A DNA stretch of 64,000 nt from Nemertoderma westbladi (Eukaryota; Animalia; Xenacoelomorpha). The translations under genes were made by a program, and so were the position numbers. Positions 12,682 through 26,449 of the stretch are shown here, in pieces. The first letter of the stretch is position 1. Each line of letters opens with the position of its first letter. The stretch is from NCBI GenBank assembly GCA_032718475.1, contig JAUCBJ010003870.1, positions 1 to 64,000 on the forward strand, given 5' to 3'. Under the pieces are notes generated by a model. That model was not told the origin of the DNA, made no database searches, and worked only from the letters and a program-made list of their open reading frames with translations.

Positions 12682-13917
12682 TTAGCAAGTCGTTAGACTT
12701 GATTACTGTAAGAATTGTTAGCTGACTGACTGGCTGACTGACTGGCTGACTGACTGGCTGACTGACTGGCTGGCTGATCTACAGCCAAAACTACGGTGGC
12801 TGAATTGTGCCACTTAATACTTTTTTTTTATTTTTTTTTTGAAGCGACTTTTTGGTCGACCAAAAAGTACTTTTTGGTCGACCAAAAACTACTTTTTGGT
12901 CGACCAAAAAGTCGACTTATTGGTCGACCAAAAAGTACTTTTTGGTCGACCAAAAAGTCGCTTCAAAAAAAAAATAAAAAAAAAGTATTAAGTGGCACAA
13001 TTCAGCCACCGTACAAAACTGCTCTAACGATTTTGATGAAATTTTCACAGCATCTAGATACCGCGATTCTAAGGTCCCTGGCATGATCGGCTACTCCGTC
13101 CATAGCCTCTGGGCTCGAAAAATAGAGATAAACGAAAAAAACGCCATAGGCGCAATGGTAAAATAACACCCATGACAGCTGGTGTCCTGATGAAAAATGG
13201 CTTATGTAATGCATTTCTACACAAGGCTTAGTATAAATCGATGAGGTTGCCAAGATTATTGTACTTAGTACACCCATACTGTTTGTTTAGGCCCTAGGAC
13301 ACTCTGTCAAAGCAAATATTAACTGGTTGATTTAGTTTGTGGTTCTACACAGGCTTAGTATAAATCGATGAGGCTGCCAACTGGTTGGTTTAGTTTGCAA
13401 TCTATTACCGCCTCAGCTGAATAACTCTTCCCCCTGCTGAATGACTATTAGGTATACAGTGTATCGGCTACATTAATGCCAACATTAATACTGTGGAGGC
13501 TGTATGCTTATAAGGCGGAATGTTTACTCAGCCTCATACTGATACTCTGTAAGGCTTACACTAACATTATAGTTTGAAATATAAAAATAACTGCTTATTA
13601 TCTGTATTGGGTTAATCACTGCGGCATTCAAAATGCTTTGTTAGGTGAATGACATTTAGTGGCTAAGATTATTCTCTGTCAGATTCCCTTCACACCATAG
13701 GCAAACATTGTTGAGGCTGAGGGAATTTACTTTAGTTTACTCTACTGAGTCATTCAGCTGAATGGATTTGAGCAATTGCCAAATTACAGAGTGGGATCTC
13801 TCTCTGACCATAGATAAATAACACTTCCCTTCTGAACAAAGGTAAACATTGTTGAGGGAACTTACCTTTGATTGACGACTTCCGACTTGCTTAACGGCGT
13901 CTTGACGCCGTCACTAG
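12682..13917 (+). mobile_element. Non-autonomous Helitron/Helentron (HINE/DINE-1-like) element, copy 1
   Basis: 5' AGCAAGTCG and 3' CGACTTGCT subterminal inverted repeats, (GACT/GGCT)n microsatellite, 3' hairpin ACGGCGTC-TT-GACGCCGT followed by CTAG. Confidence 0.75.
12792..13013. mobile_element. Palindromic MITE, IS3EU-like
   Basis: Near-perfect palindrome with TACGG...CCGTA ends and 6-bp TSD CAAAAC (12786-12791, 13014-13019); the empty site is visible in copy 2 at ~13984. Confidence 0.8.
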
Positions 13918-15400
13918 TTAGGAACCGAGAGGTTCATTACTGTAAGAATTGTTTGCTGACTGGCTGACTGACTGATCTACAGCCAAAACTACTCTAACGA
14001 TTTTGATTAAATTTTCACAGCGGCTAGATACCGCGATTCTAAGGTCCCTGGTATGTTCCGCTATTTCGTCCATGAGCCGTGGGCTCGAAAAATAGACATA
14101 AACTAAAAAACGCCATAGGCGCAATGGTAAAATAACACCAATGACAGCTGGTGTCGTGATGAAAAATGGCTTATGTAATGCATTTCTACAGAAGGCTTAG
14201 TATAAATCGATGAGGTTGCCAAGATTATTGTACTTAGTACACCCATACTGTTTGTTTAGGCCCTGCACTCTCTGTCAAAGCAAACATTAAATGGTGGTTG
14301 GCTTAGTTTGAAATCTATTATCGCCTCAGCTGAATTACTCTTCCCAATGCATTCTATGAGAATATCTCACTCTGCTAATGTAAGCTGAATGACAGTTACG
14401 TAGTCAGTGAGTTGGCTACATTAATGCCAACATTATTGCAAAATGTTTTATTGGTTGGATTACTCTCTGTCAGTCTCCCCTTCAGAACATTGTATAGGGA
14501 ATTTACTTTAGTTTACTCTAATGTGCCATTCAGCTGAATGGATTTGAGCGATTGCCAAGTTACAGAGTTGGATCATTCTCTGACCATAGGCAAAGACATC
14601 AAATCTTTTTAAAAATATACTTTTTGTTTTTTTTTCTGACCAAAAATTTCAAAAAAAAATTTTTCGTAGCCAGTACTGCCAATCGATTCGCCATCAAAAA
14701 TAACGCAAAAAATTTTTTTTGCAAAATTTTAAATTACTGTAAATTTTTGGCGACTGGGGGGGGTCCATTTTTTTCGATCCGCTATAACTCCGGAACGCTT
14801 TGTCCAAATTCGATGGGGTTTTCATTTTTCAACTTAATTCGATGTCCTCTTTCAGCCTATCCATGTTTCCAAACCCCAAACAGCGCCGTTCAAAAATTAA
14901 TTTTTTCCAGTTCTAGAATTTTACAAATTTCAAAAAAGTTGCAGTATTTTATTAACGCCTTTACGAAATTTGATAGCGTTTTCGATTTTTATATTAAACG
15001 CAATATCCTGAATCTCACTAGCCTAGTTTCGCGTCACCAATGCCAAGACTTCATACTTTTTGAGGAAAATTTTTCTAGAATAATTTTTATTTAATTACAT
15101 TTATCGCGATTTCTTATTACTGGTTGCACATGAATTGATGGAGTTATCAATTTATTAACTAAACACGATATCGCGCATCGCACCAGCGTGGTTTCGAAAT
15201 TCCAAAACGAGTTCTTCACTAGTTGCAGGTCGATTTTGTTCTAGAATTGAGCAACTAATAATAGATCGAATTTATTAATAATTATTGTATGAAATGTGAT
15301 TGTATTTTTACATAATTATTAGTTCTATACTAATTCTCGTTGTCTCTTTTATTTAAAATAAAAAGTCGGTTCCTTATCGGGCCGCTAGGCCCGTCACTAG
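13918..15400 (+). mobile_element. Non-autonomous Helitron/Helentron-like element, copy 2
   Basis: AGGAACCGA...TCGGTTCCT subterminal IRs, hairpin CGGGCC-GCTA-GGCCCG followed by CTAG; body homologous to copy 1. Confidence 0.75.
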
Positions 15401-16497
15401 TTAGCAAGTCGTTAGACTTGATTACTGTAAGAAAAAAAGGCTACTGGCTACTGGCTACTGACTACTGACCTAGAGCAAAAACGGCTCTAACGATTTTGAT
15501 GAAATTTTGCATGGACCATGAAAATGGATTTCTAAGGGTACTTGTGAAATCGCGGTTTAAATTGAAACATCTCAACTTGTTTTATTTCGAAAAATAGCCC
15601 CAAAACACTAAAATCGCCATAGGCGCAATGATAAAACACCAGCTGGCACTCATGAAAAATGTATAGAGATGGCCTGGTAATGCATTCAATAGGAAGGGCA
15701 ACTAACAAAGAAGTACTTTGTGTGCCAAGTTTTATTATCACTCTATTCTACAACCCAGACAGTAATCAAACAAAACATTAACTGGTTTAGCTGGCTATTG
15801 CAGTCTCAGCTGAATAACTCTTCCCAATGCATCCTTGTTATGTTAATTAATTGGCGTGCAAGCTAAATGACTGTTAGTTATTACACAGTGTGTTGGCTAC
15901 TATTGATTGTACTGTACTGTCATCTAATTATTGTTTTATTTTGAAATCTTTGTGCCAACATTAATACTGTGGAGGGTGTATGCTTATAAGGCTGAATGTT
16001 TACTCAGCCTCATAATGATTCTCCATAAGGCTAACATTATAGTTTGAAATATAAAAATCTGTTATAATAATAATATAAATGTTGTAAATTGTTAATCGCG
16101 GTTTACATGGAAACATCTCAACTTGTTTTATTTATTACAAAAATAAGAACGAATTTGTCTTATCACTTCTTTTGCGCGATTGTATATTGAATTCATGGCA
16201 ACTGCTGTTATTATTATTAAACAACGACTCGACTACTCTAACTCTCTGACTACTCTATCCGATAGAACAAAATAATAATTTCCCTAACTGCTCTCTATCT
16301 TCAATAATCACAACAGCTTTTATAATTCATTAGATGATTACAACATAATAATTATAGTTTGATGTTGTCTAGAAAATTTCTCGTACACCACCAGGACTAC
16401 CCTCACACTAATTGATTATCAGACAGAACAAAAAGCTTTTACTTGACTCGTACTGTCTCCTACGACTTGCTTCACGGGCCGCTAGGCCCGTCTCTAG
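15401..16497 (+). mobile_element. Non-autonomous Helitron/Helentron-like element, copy 3
   Basis: AGCAAGTCG...CGACTTGCT, hairpin ACGGGCC-GCTA-GGCCCGT followed by CTAG. Confidence 0.75.
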
Positions 16498-16701
16498 TTA
16501 ATAATGTAATACCTGAATAACCAGATAACGGAAAAACAAACCGAATTGAAACTTTTAAATACTAATAATAATTGTGGTGAGAGGTGATTGGAAATCAAGG
16601 ATATATGTTATGTTATGGTAGGCACAGGCAAATGAATTGATGTCTGTTGAGATGTATTGAAGGAGCACTATTCCTTCTACTAGACTACTTCACTTAGGCC
16701 A

Positions 16702-16815
16702 TGTGGGGCGAGCCACGAAGTGAGTGAGCCTTAGCGTAGGGGTACCATTAATCAACCTGTGGGGCGAGCCACGAAGTGAGTGAGCCTTAGCGTAGGGGTA
16801 CCATTAATCAACCTG
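16702..16815. repeat. Direct tandem duplication of ~56 bp
   Basis: TGTGGGGCGAGCCACGAAGTGAGTGAGCCTTAGCGTAGGGGTACCATTAATCAACC occurs twice. Confidence 0.85.
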
Positions 16816-19765
16816 TCGTTCTGTCGCGTTTTTTTTCAGTATTTTATTTTAAAAGTTAATAACTCGGCCAATCCAAGATGAAATCTATCCAAACTTGGTA
16901 CACATGTTGTTTGGCAAAAGTTTGAAAATTTTCCAAGTAGAATTTGCGTGGGGCCTTCGTGCAGCATCAGTGTAACTGTTATTGCAGTTATAATAAATTT
17001 ATTTATCCAAAATTAAAATGCGTTAAATTATTATTACTGTAGGGTAAATCAGCTGGGTTTCTGACAAATTTTGCAATACATTGGGGCTGTCTGCCAATCT
17101 GCATGTACTATGTGTACCGGTACTGTCAGACTGTACTCAATCCCTGAATCGAGAATCCTGCAATCAGTCAATACTGCAACACTGGTCAGCCGGTACCATA
17201 CACTGCAGACATGCAATATCATGTAATCTAATTAAACATGGCCCCGGCAACCCTTGCGGTGATTATAGTTTAGGCCTAATTAGCCCAGTACCGGCACCGG
17301 TAATAATAATATAATAGTTTAGATAGTTACCGCTAATCATTCAGTCAATGGCACGGTACACCGTATTGCTGTACTGCCGTTGTAGTGCGCACCGTAGGTA
17401 CCACCCTACTACCGGTACCGGCTGACCGGTGGCAACTAGCACTTCAGCACTTGCACAGCAACAGCACTACCGGCGATACACAGGTTGGAATTTATGTAGA
17501 GTTTGCTCAACAGTACAGATATAAAATAGTTACCGGTATCTAAATTATATATATTACTATTGACAAGTATTGAAATATATACCGTTATTCGTGTTATCAG
17601 TATTTGCAACATCTGACATTGAAGAGGTGAGAGAAGATGAATACCGGCACTCAACAAAACCAACGCTTACAGGCTTATCACAGGTCGGTATGGTTACCTC
17701 GAAACCGGCGCGACTGTCCACTCGAATACAACTTCAAAACACAAACGCCAACAATAAACTGAAAGCGAATCGAACGTCTTCAGAAGAATCTGTCATTGGG
17801 ACGAAGAAAAGGAAGCCGAAACCACGGGAATGGACCACAGCTAAGATTGAATGCTCCCATTGTCAGAGTTCCTGGACCGAAATTGAAAAACCAATTGCCG
17901 ATGGGCTTGATCTCTCAAACCAAAACTTCCTCTGCGGGGTTTGCGCGGCAGTAAAGATTGAAAATGTGGAAGCTGGCATCCCTAAGTATTATTATTATAA
18001 AGAGCGTCAGCCTGCGTTTAATAAATATATTTTAATACAAAACAGGTGGAACGCAAAGAGGCTTATAATGAAGACGAGTACTGCATTGATTATATTCCTA
18101 TAAACCACCTGGCTTTGCATATTGAACGTGCGTTTGGAAATAAGTTTATGCTACCCTTCCGTGGGTGGTAGATGTCGCGGTTATGTATTGGTGGGTGGGG
18201 GGGGGGGGGGGGGTGCAGATTAAAAGGGGTGAACACGTACTGTCCCCCTTTCTTTGATTAATTGGTGGTGTGGGTTAATCTCTCATAACCTGATTTTGTG
18301 ATACAGTCGCATAATTTTAATTTGTATCTCATAACTGGGCCTCGTGCTGCGCGAAGGCCCCACGAACGTGTCCTTGTGTGCTTGCCTAGGCACTGGCTTG
18401 GTCAATGACTTTAGCTTGCCATGTTACTTCAAGAAGTATTATTGGGCACGGCTGCCCTTGCCATGCCTTAGGCTCTATGGGGGAGAATGGAATCAGCGTA
18501 TGAATTTACAATGTTAATTATGTTTAAATCAATGAAAAATACATTTATTAACGCAAATCACTTGAAAAAATAAAAAACTATAATGGAATGGGGTACATGG
18601 ATTCCAGATATCTAACTTCTGTGCAAAATAACTTTAATCGTATGGTGCTAAATTTCAAAATGACTCAACCATACAATTTAGCTGAAGATATTAATTTAGA
18701 TTATGGCTTCCGACATTTATGGCTTCCGACACACACACACACACAGACTTTTGAAAAACGGCCATAGTATAATTATATCAGTTCGCTGATGGCTCGCCAT
18801 TCGTGTCTCGCCCCATATCGTTTATCAAATATTTTTTTTTATCTCCAAAAATACAATCCCACTTGGTTTTAAGGTTTAAAAAGGAGAAATAAATAATATT
18901 ATCCCAGTCAATTAAGTCTGATAAGAGGCCGAAAATATCATTGCGCTCGTTCCAATATCGGTGATGTGCTTCCACATTTTTCCATTTGTGAACAAGAAAT
19001 TATATTAAATTAGGTAAAAAGAGGTGGTAACTACTGTATCTATCAATTCAAATGAAATAAATATTTTGCTTCTCCGATATTACACTTGCTGATATCCCAA
19101 AAAAGTTAAAAGAAAAAATTATGCGGACCAGTTTAAGTTTCGTGTTTTTTTTTTCCTTAGCAAAATGCATTTTACATAGCAACATACTGTAACAAAGCAA
19201 CCCTAATATAGTTTCCCCTAATATCTTTAGTCTAACGACTAAAGATCTATTGAATGAATTATGAATTTCTATTCTACATACTGTAGTTACGACGGAAATT
19301 CCACTTGATTCAATTTGGATGGTACTGTAGGATATAGGGAGCTTAACACAACCTCTTTACTAAACGAGGGTATGTAACCAAGCCTACTGTATATAAGATG
19401 TGTCGACCTCAAAAACCCTTGTTCCCAAAAAATGGACTCGTTATATCATAAACTTTGGGGTATTTAACCTAAAACAAATAAAAAAAAATACATTTACAAT
19501 CGACTTCAGAGGATGGGGGGAGGGGTTTCATCTTTTTGAGACACCTCCAGTTTTTGTTTGGGTATATGCATTGAAATTATTATATATCATATAGAATGTA
19601 TTAACTAGTTCTAATTTTATTAATTTATTTTATTATATTTAAATTTAATTAACTAATTTTCAAGGAAAACATTTATATTTCGGCCAATTTTATTCACATT
19701 TTCATGATTTTCAGTCTAAATGGTACTCCGAAATTTTTTATCAAATTTTTTGAAATTTTCAGTCA

Positions 19766-22700
19766 GTGAGGTTTGATCAAGAAATCGACCTACCGTTGCA
19801 AAATATTATTTCACAGAATTAGAGGTTGAAGTCAAAATAGTTCATTTGGTTTTAAAAAATCGAATTTTATTTTTTTACTTTTTCTAGATCAGAATTTTTT
19901 GGTAATTCTGAAACTGTAAACGAAATTTTCATATCTGTTTTAGTTTTGGAGTTATTTGATTTTTTGTAGACCTCACTCATTTTGAAATTATTATAAATAA
20001 GTGGCCAATTATTTGTAAGATAGCTACGTACGTAGTATTACTTTTTCAAAATACTATAATTGTATTTGTCCAACAGGATAATTTTTGCTATGAGTTTTCC
20101 TGTTCAGTGATTTCATTTCAATTGTTACTTTCCACGGCTAACGGATCATAGACAGTCTATCAGTCTGTTTGTATGTCTGTCTGTGTGTCGGTTTGTCTGT
20201 CAAAAAAATAGGGAAACATGATATCTAACAAAATGTTTTGGTTTGGGAATTTTCTTGGAAGGCGATTCCATTTCCAATGTCGATTTATGGGTTTGACGCG
20301 ATACTGACTATCTGAATTCGTGATAGTCAGTCTGTCTGTCTGTCTGTGTGTCGGTTTGTCTGTCAAAAATCATGGAAACATGATATCTAACAAAATATTT
20401 TGCTTTTGGGTGAAATGAAATCACCGACCAAGAAAACCCCATAATTGTTTGTTAATTTGAGATATTTCTCAATTTTGACAGACAAACAGATACAAAGACC
20501 GACAGACAGACAGACGTAGAAACATTAAATAATCAATTAAACGTAAAAATAGATATCGGAAATGAAATCACCGACCAAGAAAACCCCATAAATAAATTTG
20601 TTTGTTAATTTGATTTAGTTCTCAATTTTGACAGACAAACAGACAGACAGACAGACAGAACGTCTAGATTTCTTCAAACTGAAAAAGTGAAATTTGAACT
20701 GTAATTACCACTCAGTGACATTTTAAATGTTATCACCACCCAGAAAAACTCTATAAGACAAATTTTGAGTAGTTTGTGCGCTTCTTAAATTTTAACAGAC
20801 AGACAGACATACCAAAAACAGACAGACTGACTGACATGCAGACAGTCGACTAGAATCGGTAAATAGTGAAACCGACATCGTATTTGAAATCATCGGCAAA
20901 TAAAAACCCAATAGCAAAAAAATGTAGGTGCCCAGTAAAAAATCCGCATTCGTAACGCATGGGATGGCGCATATTTCACGCATTCGTAACGCATTCTGAA
21001 ATGTTACATAGATGAACCATGCGATACGAATGCGAAAACCGAACCAAATACGCATCCTTTATTCGCATATCGAATGTAATACGAACCTTATTCGAATCCC
21101 GCACAGTCTACGAATGCGCCCCTAATCTTATACGAATGTTTCCCGCACACTATACGAATGCGTCTCGCATGTTATATACGAATGTTTCCCACGCTATACG
21201 AATGCGTTACGAATGTTTTACTAATGTTATACGAATGTTTACCGCAGGATTTTTATTTTTTTTATTATTTTGCTACAGTTTACATAGTTTTAACAGTTTA
21301 CAACTGTTAAAACGTGTCCACTTTATTTATTTTTTTGAATATACTTGATATTCCGAATCGAATATGAAAGCTATTTTCAATTTCCCCAAAAAAATGTTCA
21401 GATATAATTCAAGAGCACGCAATTTCAGACGTAATGATTTTATTATCTAGAATATTAATTTCAAACTTTTACTTAATCTTATTAATTATTATTGATGGTT
21501 TATTATTTTTTATGATATTTTATTATTATATTATTTTTTATGATATTTTATTATTATATTATTTTATTATTATATTATATTATTTTATTATTATATTATA
21601 TTTTTTTATTATTATATATATTTTTATTATTATTATATATATATATTTTATGACTTATTATCGAAAAAAGGCGAATTAATATTCTAGAATATAGTAAAAA
21701 AAACATTGAAATTATTTTGATGCATCTCATAAAATCTATGCCTATGATGTATTTTGTCTGCAAGATTTTTTTACCATTAATAAGTGTAGGGCCTACTGTA
21801 GCAGTTAACTGTAATTAACTGCTAGAATACTGTATATCAGTAGACTTTTTAATGGCGTTTTATATCGAATTAAACAAATTCGACCTGGAGGCCTAAGAAA
21901 CTGTGTGAGAATATCACCATACACAGGTACAATTTAGTAAAAATGCCACATGCTTTATAATATGTATTGGTTCTGTACTGTAGGCCAGGTGAGATAAATA
22001 ATGACAACATAAAACTACTGTAATAACTTTGGGAAATGAGTACTACTGTACAGGGGATAAAACTACGGGTGGGGGGGGGGGGGGGGGGGTGCCTAGTGCC
22101 TACATACTATAAGTATGCCTACATACTGTAGTTCCTTAAGTTAATACAGTAGTTTTATTTTGTCATTATTTATCTCACCTAGCCTACAGTACATAACCTT
22201 TACATTATTACAGTACAGTATATCAAGCATGTTGGTAAAGGGAACAGGTTTACATACCAAAATAATGGGGAACCAAAATAATAAACGGGAGTTAAGAATT
22301 ACTGGGCAACCCATTAAATAAATATATAGTAAAAGTACATGGGACTGGCTGACTGGTAACAAAGGGGGAGAGCTACTAACTAATAACACTATGTTCGATT
22401 ATTTGCCGAATGGTGATTGGCCAGTATTACAGTCTGTACGGTACTCTAATTGAGAGTGCTTTGCATGCGTATCGCATGCGTCACGAATGGACCACGAATA
22501 ATTTTAAGCGTGGCGTGGCTAAGCATTCGTATCGCATGTGCCACGAATGAAGAGCCACGAATATATTTACAAGTGAAATCTCACATGCGATACGAATACT
22601 ATACGCATTCGTTAAATTATTCGGACTGACGAATCATTGACGAAGGCTTCACGAATCTTAAATAACATTGCACGCACCTTTTACGAATGCTGCATGTGGC

Positions 22701-23192
22701 ACGAATGCGTTACGCATGGGGATTTTTTACTGGGTGGTGGTGCTTTATTTATTTATTTGTTACATTTTTGACAGACAAACAGACAAGTATTCAGAAAAAC
22801 AGACAGAGTGACCTCCAATATAAATAAAAATTAAAATATTGTCGCCAAAGGTCCATACACTGATGTGTATCAGACGTATATCTGACGTATATACCTAATT
22901 GTTTACAAGTCTGCTTTGAAATATCGTAAAAGTATTTGAAAATCCCCCCAATTACAGAAAATTGGCGGGAACGTTTGAAACTCTCATAACTTGAAAGGCG
23001 TTTTTCTCAAAACGTTGTTAATATTTGGTCATAAGACTACTGATTTTCAAAACTCAATATCTCGACAACATTTTATCGGATTTGAAATCTCTTTTCAGTG
23101 TTCGATTCAGCATAAAAATGTGTATTTGAATCAATAAAAAAACACAAAATTATTATTTGTAACCGTAGGTCGGTTTCTTGATCAAACCTCAC
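19766..23192. mobile_element. Non-autonomous TIR DNA element (superfamily unclear)
   Basis: TIR GTGAGGTTTGATCAAGAAA(T/C)CGACCTAC; apparent 2-bp TSD CA; the uninterrupted target repeat is seen in reverse at ~26406-26446. Confidence 0.65.
20931..22734. mobile_element. Non-autonomous EnSpm/CACTA-like element
   Basis: CCCAGTAAAAAATCC...GGATTTTTTACTGGG ends, 2-bp TSD TG, many subterminal ACGAATG/CATTCGT repeats. Confidence 0.75.
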
Positions 23193-23540
23193 CAATGGTC
23201 TAGACATATTGACCAATAAACTTTTAGACATAATTTTGAATATAAGTGTAATTTTTACTAATTACTTTTCTGGATACATCTCACACATTAAGAAAATGAA
23301 ACTAAATTGTTTATAACGGAACCGGTACGGAAATTCGACCCCTACCATACAGGTACAGACAGGCGCTGTAGGCTACAAAGTCGAAAGGGATAAAGTTCTG
23401 AAATGTAGATGTAGATATTTCTTCTCTATCCTGTCCACTCCAGATAACAATGTGTAAATGAGTTACCGGTACTTAGACCGCCTGTACTGTACGGTGTTTG
23501 TAAACAGTAAGACGAGTAGGTCTAATGTGCAATCATAATA

Positions 23541-24179
23541 CCGGTGTAACAGCGGATTCAGACCCCCGAAGAATCGGTCCCCCGGACCGGATCTGCTAGC
23601 GGATTTAGTCCCCCCGGACCCAATCCGCTAGCAGATTTGGTCTCCCTAGGACCAAATCTGCTAGCGGATTGGGTCCTCGTTCGCGGATTTGGTCCCCCCA
23701 ATGTTATTGCAATAAATTCAAAATACACTGCCAGACTGCTCCGTTCCCTTCCTTATTGTCAATGGTTACAGTACTGGCAGACCGGTTATTCAGTATGTAT
23801 CCTTTATTGTTCTGGTTAGAAAACCTTGTCTGTGTAACCTGCTCCTCCCCAATTTCGTAGTACGATAAATTTATTGTAATGAGGTTATATTGTTGTAGCC
23901 TTTTTATTATTAGAAAATATATCCTTCCCACCTGCAAACTAATAATATGAATGAACATGAATGAATATGAATAACTGTTACTCAGTTGGCATTAGGTGTA
24001 ACAGTTAACGCAGTAGCTGGTACAGTAGCTACTGCAGTTTTAATCTGTCTGCAGGTCTGACCGATAATTTAATCCATAAGCTACGCTGCTATGTCAGTAT
24101 CAGTACTGCTGCACTCAGCACTGTCTGACTGTACTGTAAAATTATAATTTAAGGGGGGCTCAATCCGCTGTTACACCGG
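23541..24179. mobile_element. MITE with TA TSD
   Basis: TIR CCGGTGTAACAGCGGATT flanked by TA; subterminal GCTAGCGGATT repeats. Confidence 0.8.
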
Positions 24180-25151
24180 TACTTGAAAAGGCCCGGCCCA
24201 CCAGAATAATAGCAGCGCGAAGTACCGGACACGTGGTAGGAGTAGTATGCCTATAAGGCCTACGTAACTTCCTTCATGATCTGAACGTGCTCCACAATTT
24301 TAATAAAATGTTTTTTCGTGAGATTTGGTTCCTACCAAGGCGATAACTAATACTATAAGGTATCGATCGCATTGGTTCCTACTAATATTTAAGTCCTACT
24401 TTTTTTTCAAATAAAACAATATATTCTATATAAAAACGTATTTTCCATTTATTTTTTTTATCGAATAATAGTCCTTTTTTTAATATTTTCAAATTATCGG
24501 ACCAAAACACAACGACTTACACTCAAAATTTCAAAATTCTGTCTAGAAGATTTATTAGTCAACATGCAAGGCCATCCACTTAATTTTTTTCATTTTAATA
24601 AAATCAAAATGTTACCGAAAAAAATGAGTTTCCAGGAAGATAGACAGACTAGATATTTCCCACCATCAAAACTGACATCGGAAATGAAATCCCAAACCTG
24701 GAAAATAGCGGCAATATTAGCTGGCGTGTGTTGTATTAGATTTTGACGCACAAACAAACAGACATTACGACAGTTTACCTCCTTAATAACAGTTATATAT
24801 AAATGACGATTTGAATTATTACAGATTTGACAGTCAGATAGAGAGACCGACAGGTACTAGTGTGTTGTAGGTACACCCCCCCCCCCCCCCTAATTTTTTT
24901 TTACAAGCTAGTTTTTGCTATTTCTTTTTATGAGATGTGCTAGAACATGAGATATATTTGAAAAAATTATAAAGTGTTCTAGAACAAATATTTTTGTTCT
25001 AGAACAAATTTTAAAAAAAGCTTACAAATTTTATTTTTTGTTAGTTATGTTTTATTTGATGTCAAGGAAATTGAATTTTCCAGAATAATATTCGAATTTA
25101 TACAGCTAAGATTTGTGATTGCTTACACGTAAATAATGACTGATTTGAGTA

Positions 25152-25646
25152 CACCATGTCCCAGAATATAGTGTCGTAATTCAGTGACACCCCCCCCCCC
25201 CCCCTAATTGTTCTACAAATCGTAATGAGATTGCATGAAATTTGAAACAGAGATAGTTTCACCTCCCGACCACTGACTGGGTGAGCAAGAATTTTTATTT
25301 TTGCTTTCAATCTTTAGCTACAAGCGTTTAAAAAAAGTGTCCCCAGCGATATTACACCAGTTACACCAGTTGCAGGGCCAGCTTTCCATTGGTACCAACA
25401 AACAGCTATAAGGTACTAGAAGAATAACTGCGGTGTAACTGGTGTAATATCGCTGGAGACACTTTTTTTTAAACGCTTGTAGCTAAAGATTGGAAGCAAA
25501 AATAAAAATTCTTGCTCACCCAGTCAGTGGTCGGGAGGTGAAACTACCTCTGTTTCAAATTTCATGCAATACCATTACGATTTGTAGAAAAATTAGGGGG
25601 GCGGGGCGTGTCACTGAATTACGACACTATATTCTGGGACATGGTG
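25152..25646. mobile_element. Palindromic MITE (Tc1/mariner-like, TA TSD)
   Basis: Arms of >200 bp, CACCATGTCCCAGAATATAG...CTATATTCTGGGACATGGTG, TA on both sides; it lies within a looser IR pair (24861-24880/26166-26184). Confidence 0.85.
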
Positions 25647-26449
25647 TATAGAGGAATTGTGGAAGAACTTAATGTGTGAGGAAAGTGCAATTTTGCTCTG
25701 TTGGATTTGATCAGAAAATATTACCATCTGTCTGCTAAATAATAAATATTATAAAGTATACGTATTCTAACCATATCATTAATTTCTGAATATAATGACC
25801 TCAATACAGTGAATTTTTTAGTTTTAATAAGCTATTAAAAAAATACTAGCTAACCCCCTCTCCCCCAAACCCATCTTGCTAGCCACGATTAAAAATTATA
25901 TGAAACAAATTCTAAATAAATTTAAAAAAAAAATTTTTTATTTTTTGAACTGTTCTAGAACAAAAAAAACTTTTTTTTCTAGTTCTGAATAGCTAACATG
26001 TTCTAGAACATTATTAAAAAATAAAAATAGTACATTAATTTTTTTTAATTGTTCTAGAACAAAAAATATTTTTTCTAGAACATATATATATATTTTTTTG
26101 AATAGCTAACATGTTCTAGAACATGTTCATAAAAAGAAATAGCAAAAACAAACTAGTAAATTTGAGGGGGTACCTATAACACACCGACCGCCGGTCGGTG
26201 CCGACCGACAATGCAATTTTACTATTTTACTAAATGCATTTTACTATCAAATATTATTTCTCGTTTCGCGCCACTCAAAATGGTACGCCGCCAAAATTTT
26301 TAACCAAATTATTTGAAATTTTCAATCAATTTAAACAATTTTTTTTTGGTTAAAATTACACTTAAAATTTCAAAATTATGTTTACCGGTAGAAGTTTTTT
26401 TTATAGGTCAATATGTCAAGCTCAAGACCATTGACTGAAAATTTCAAAC

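Noticed and set aside
17570-18103. 177-aa ORF with CSHC...FLCGVC (PHD-like remnant)
   Set aside because: Incomplete motif and non-ATG start; probably a decayed TE ORF1 fragment; too weak to call
21434-21679. Hydrophobic I/Y/F-rich ORF
   Set aside because: Low-complexity AT microsatellite within a CACTA-like element
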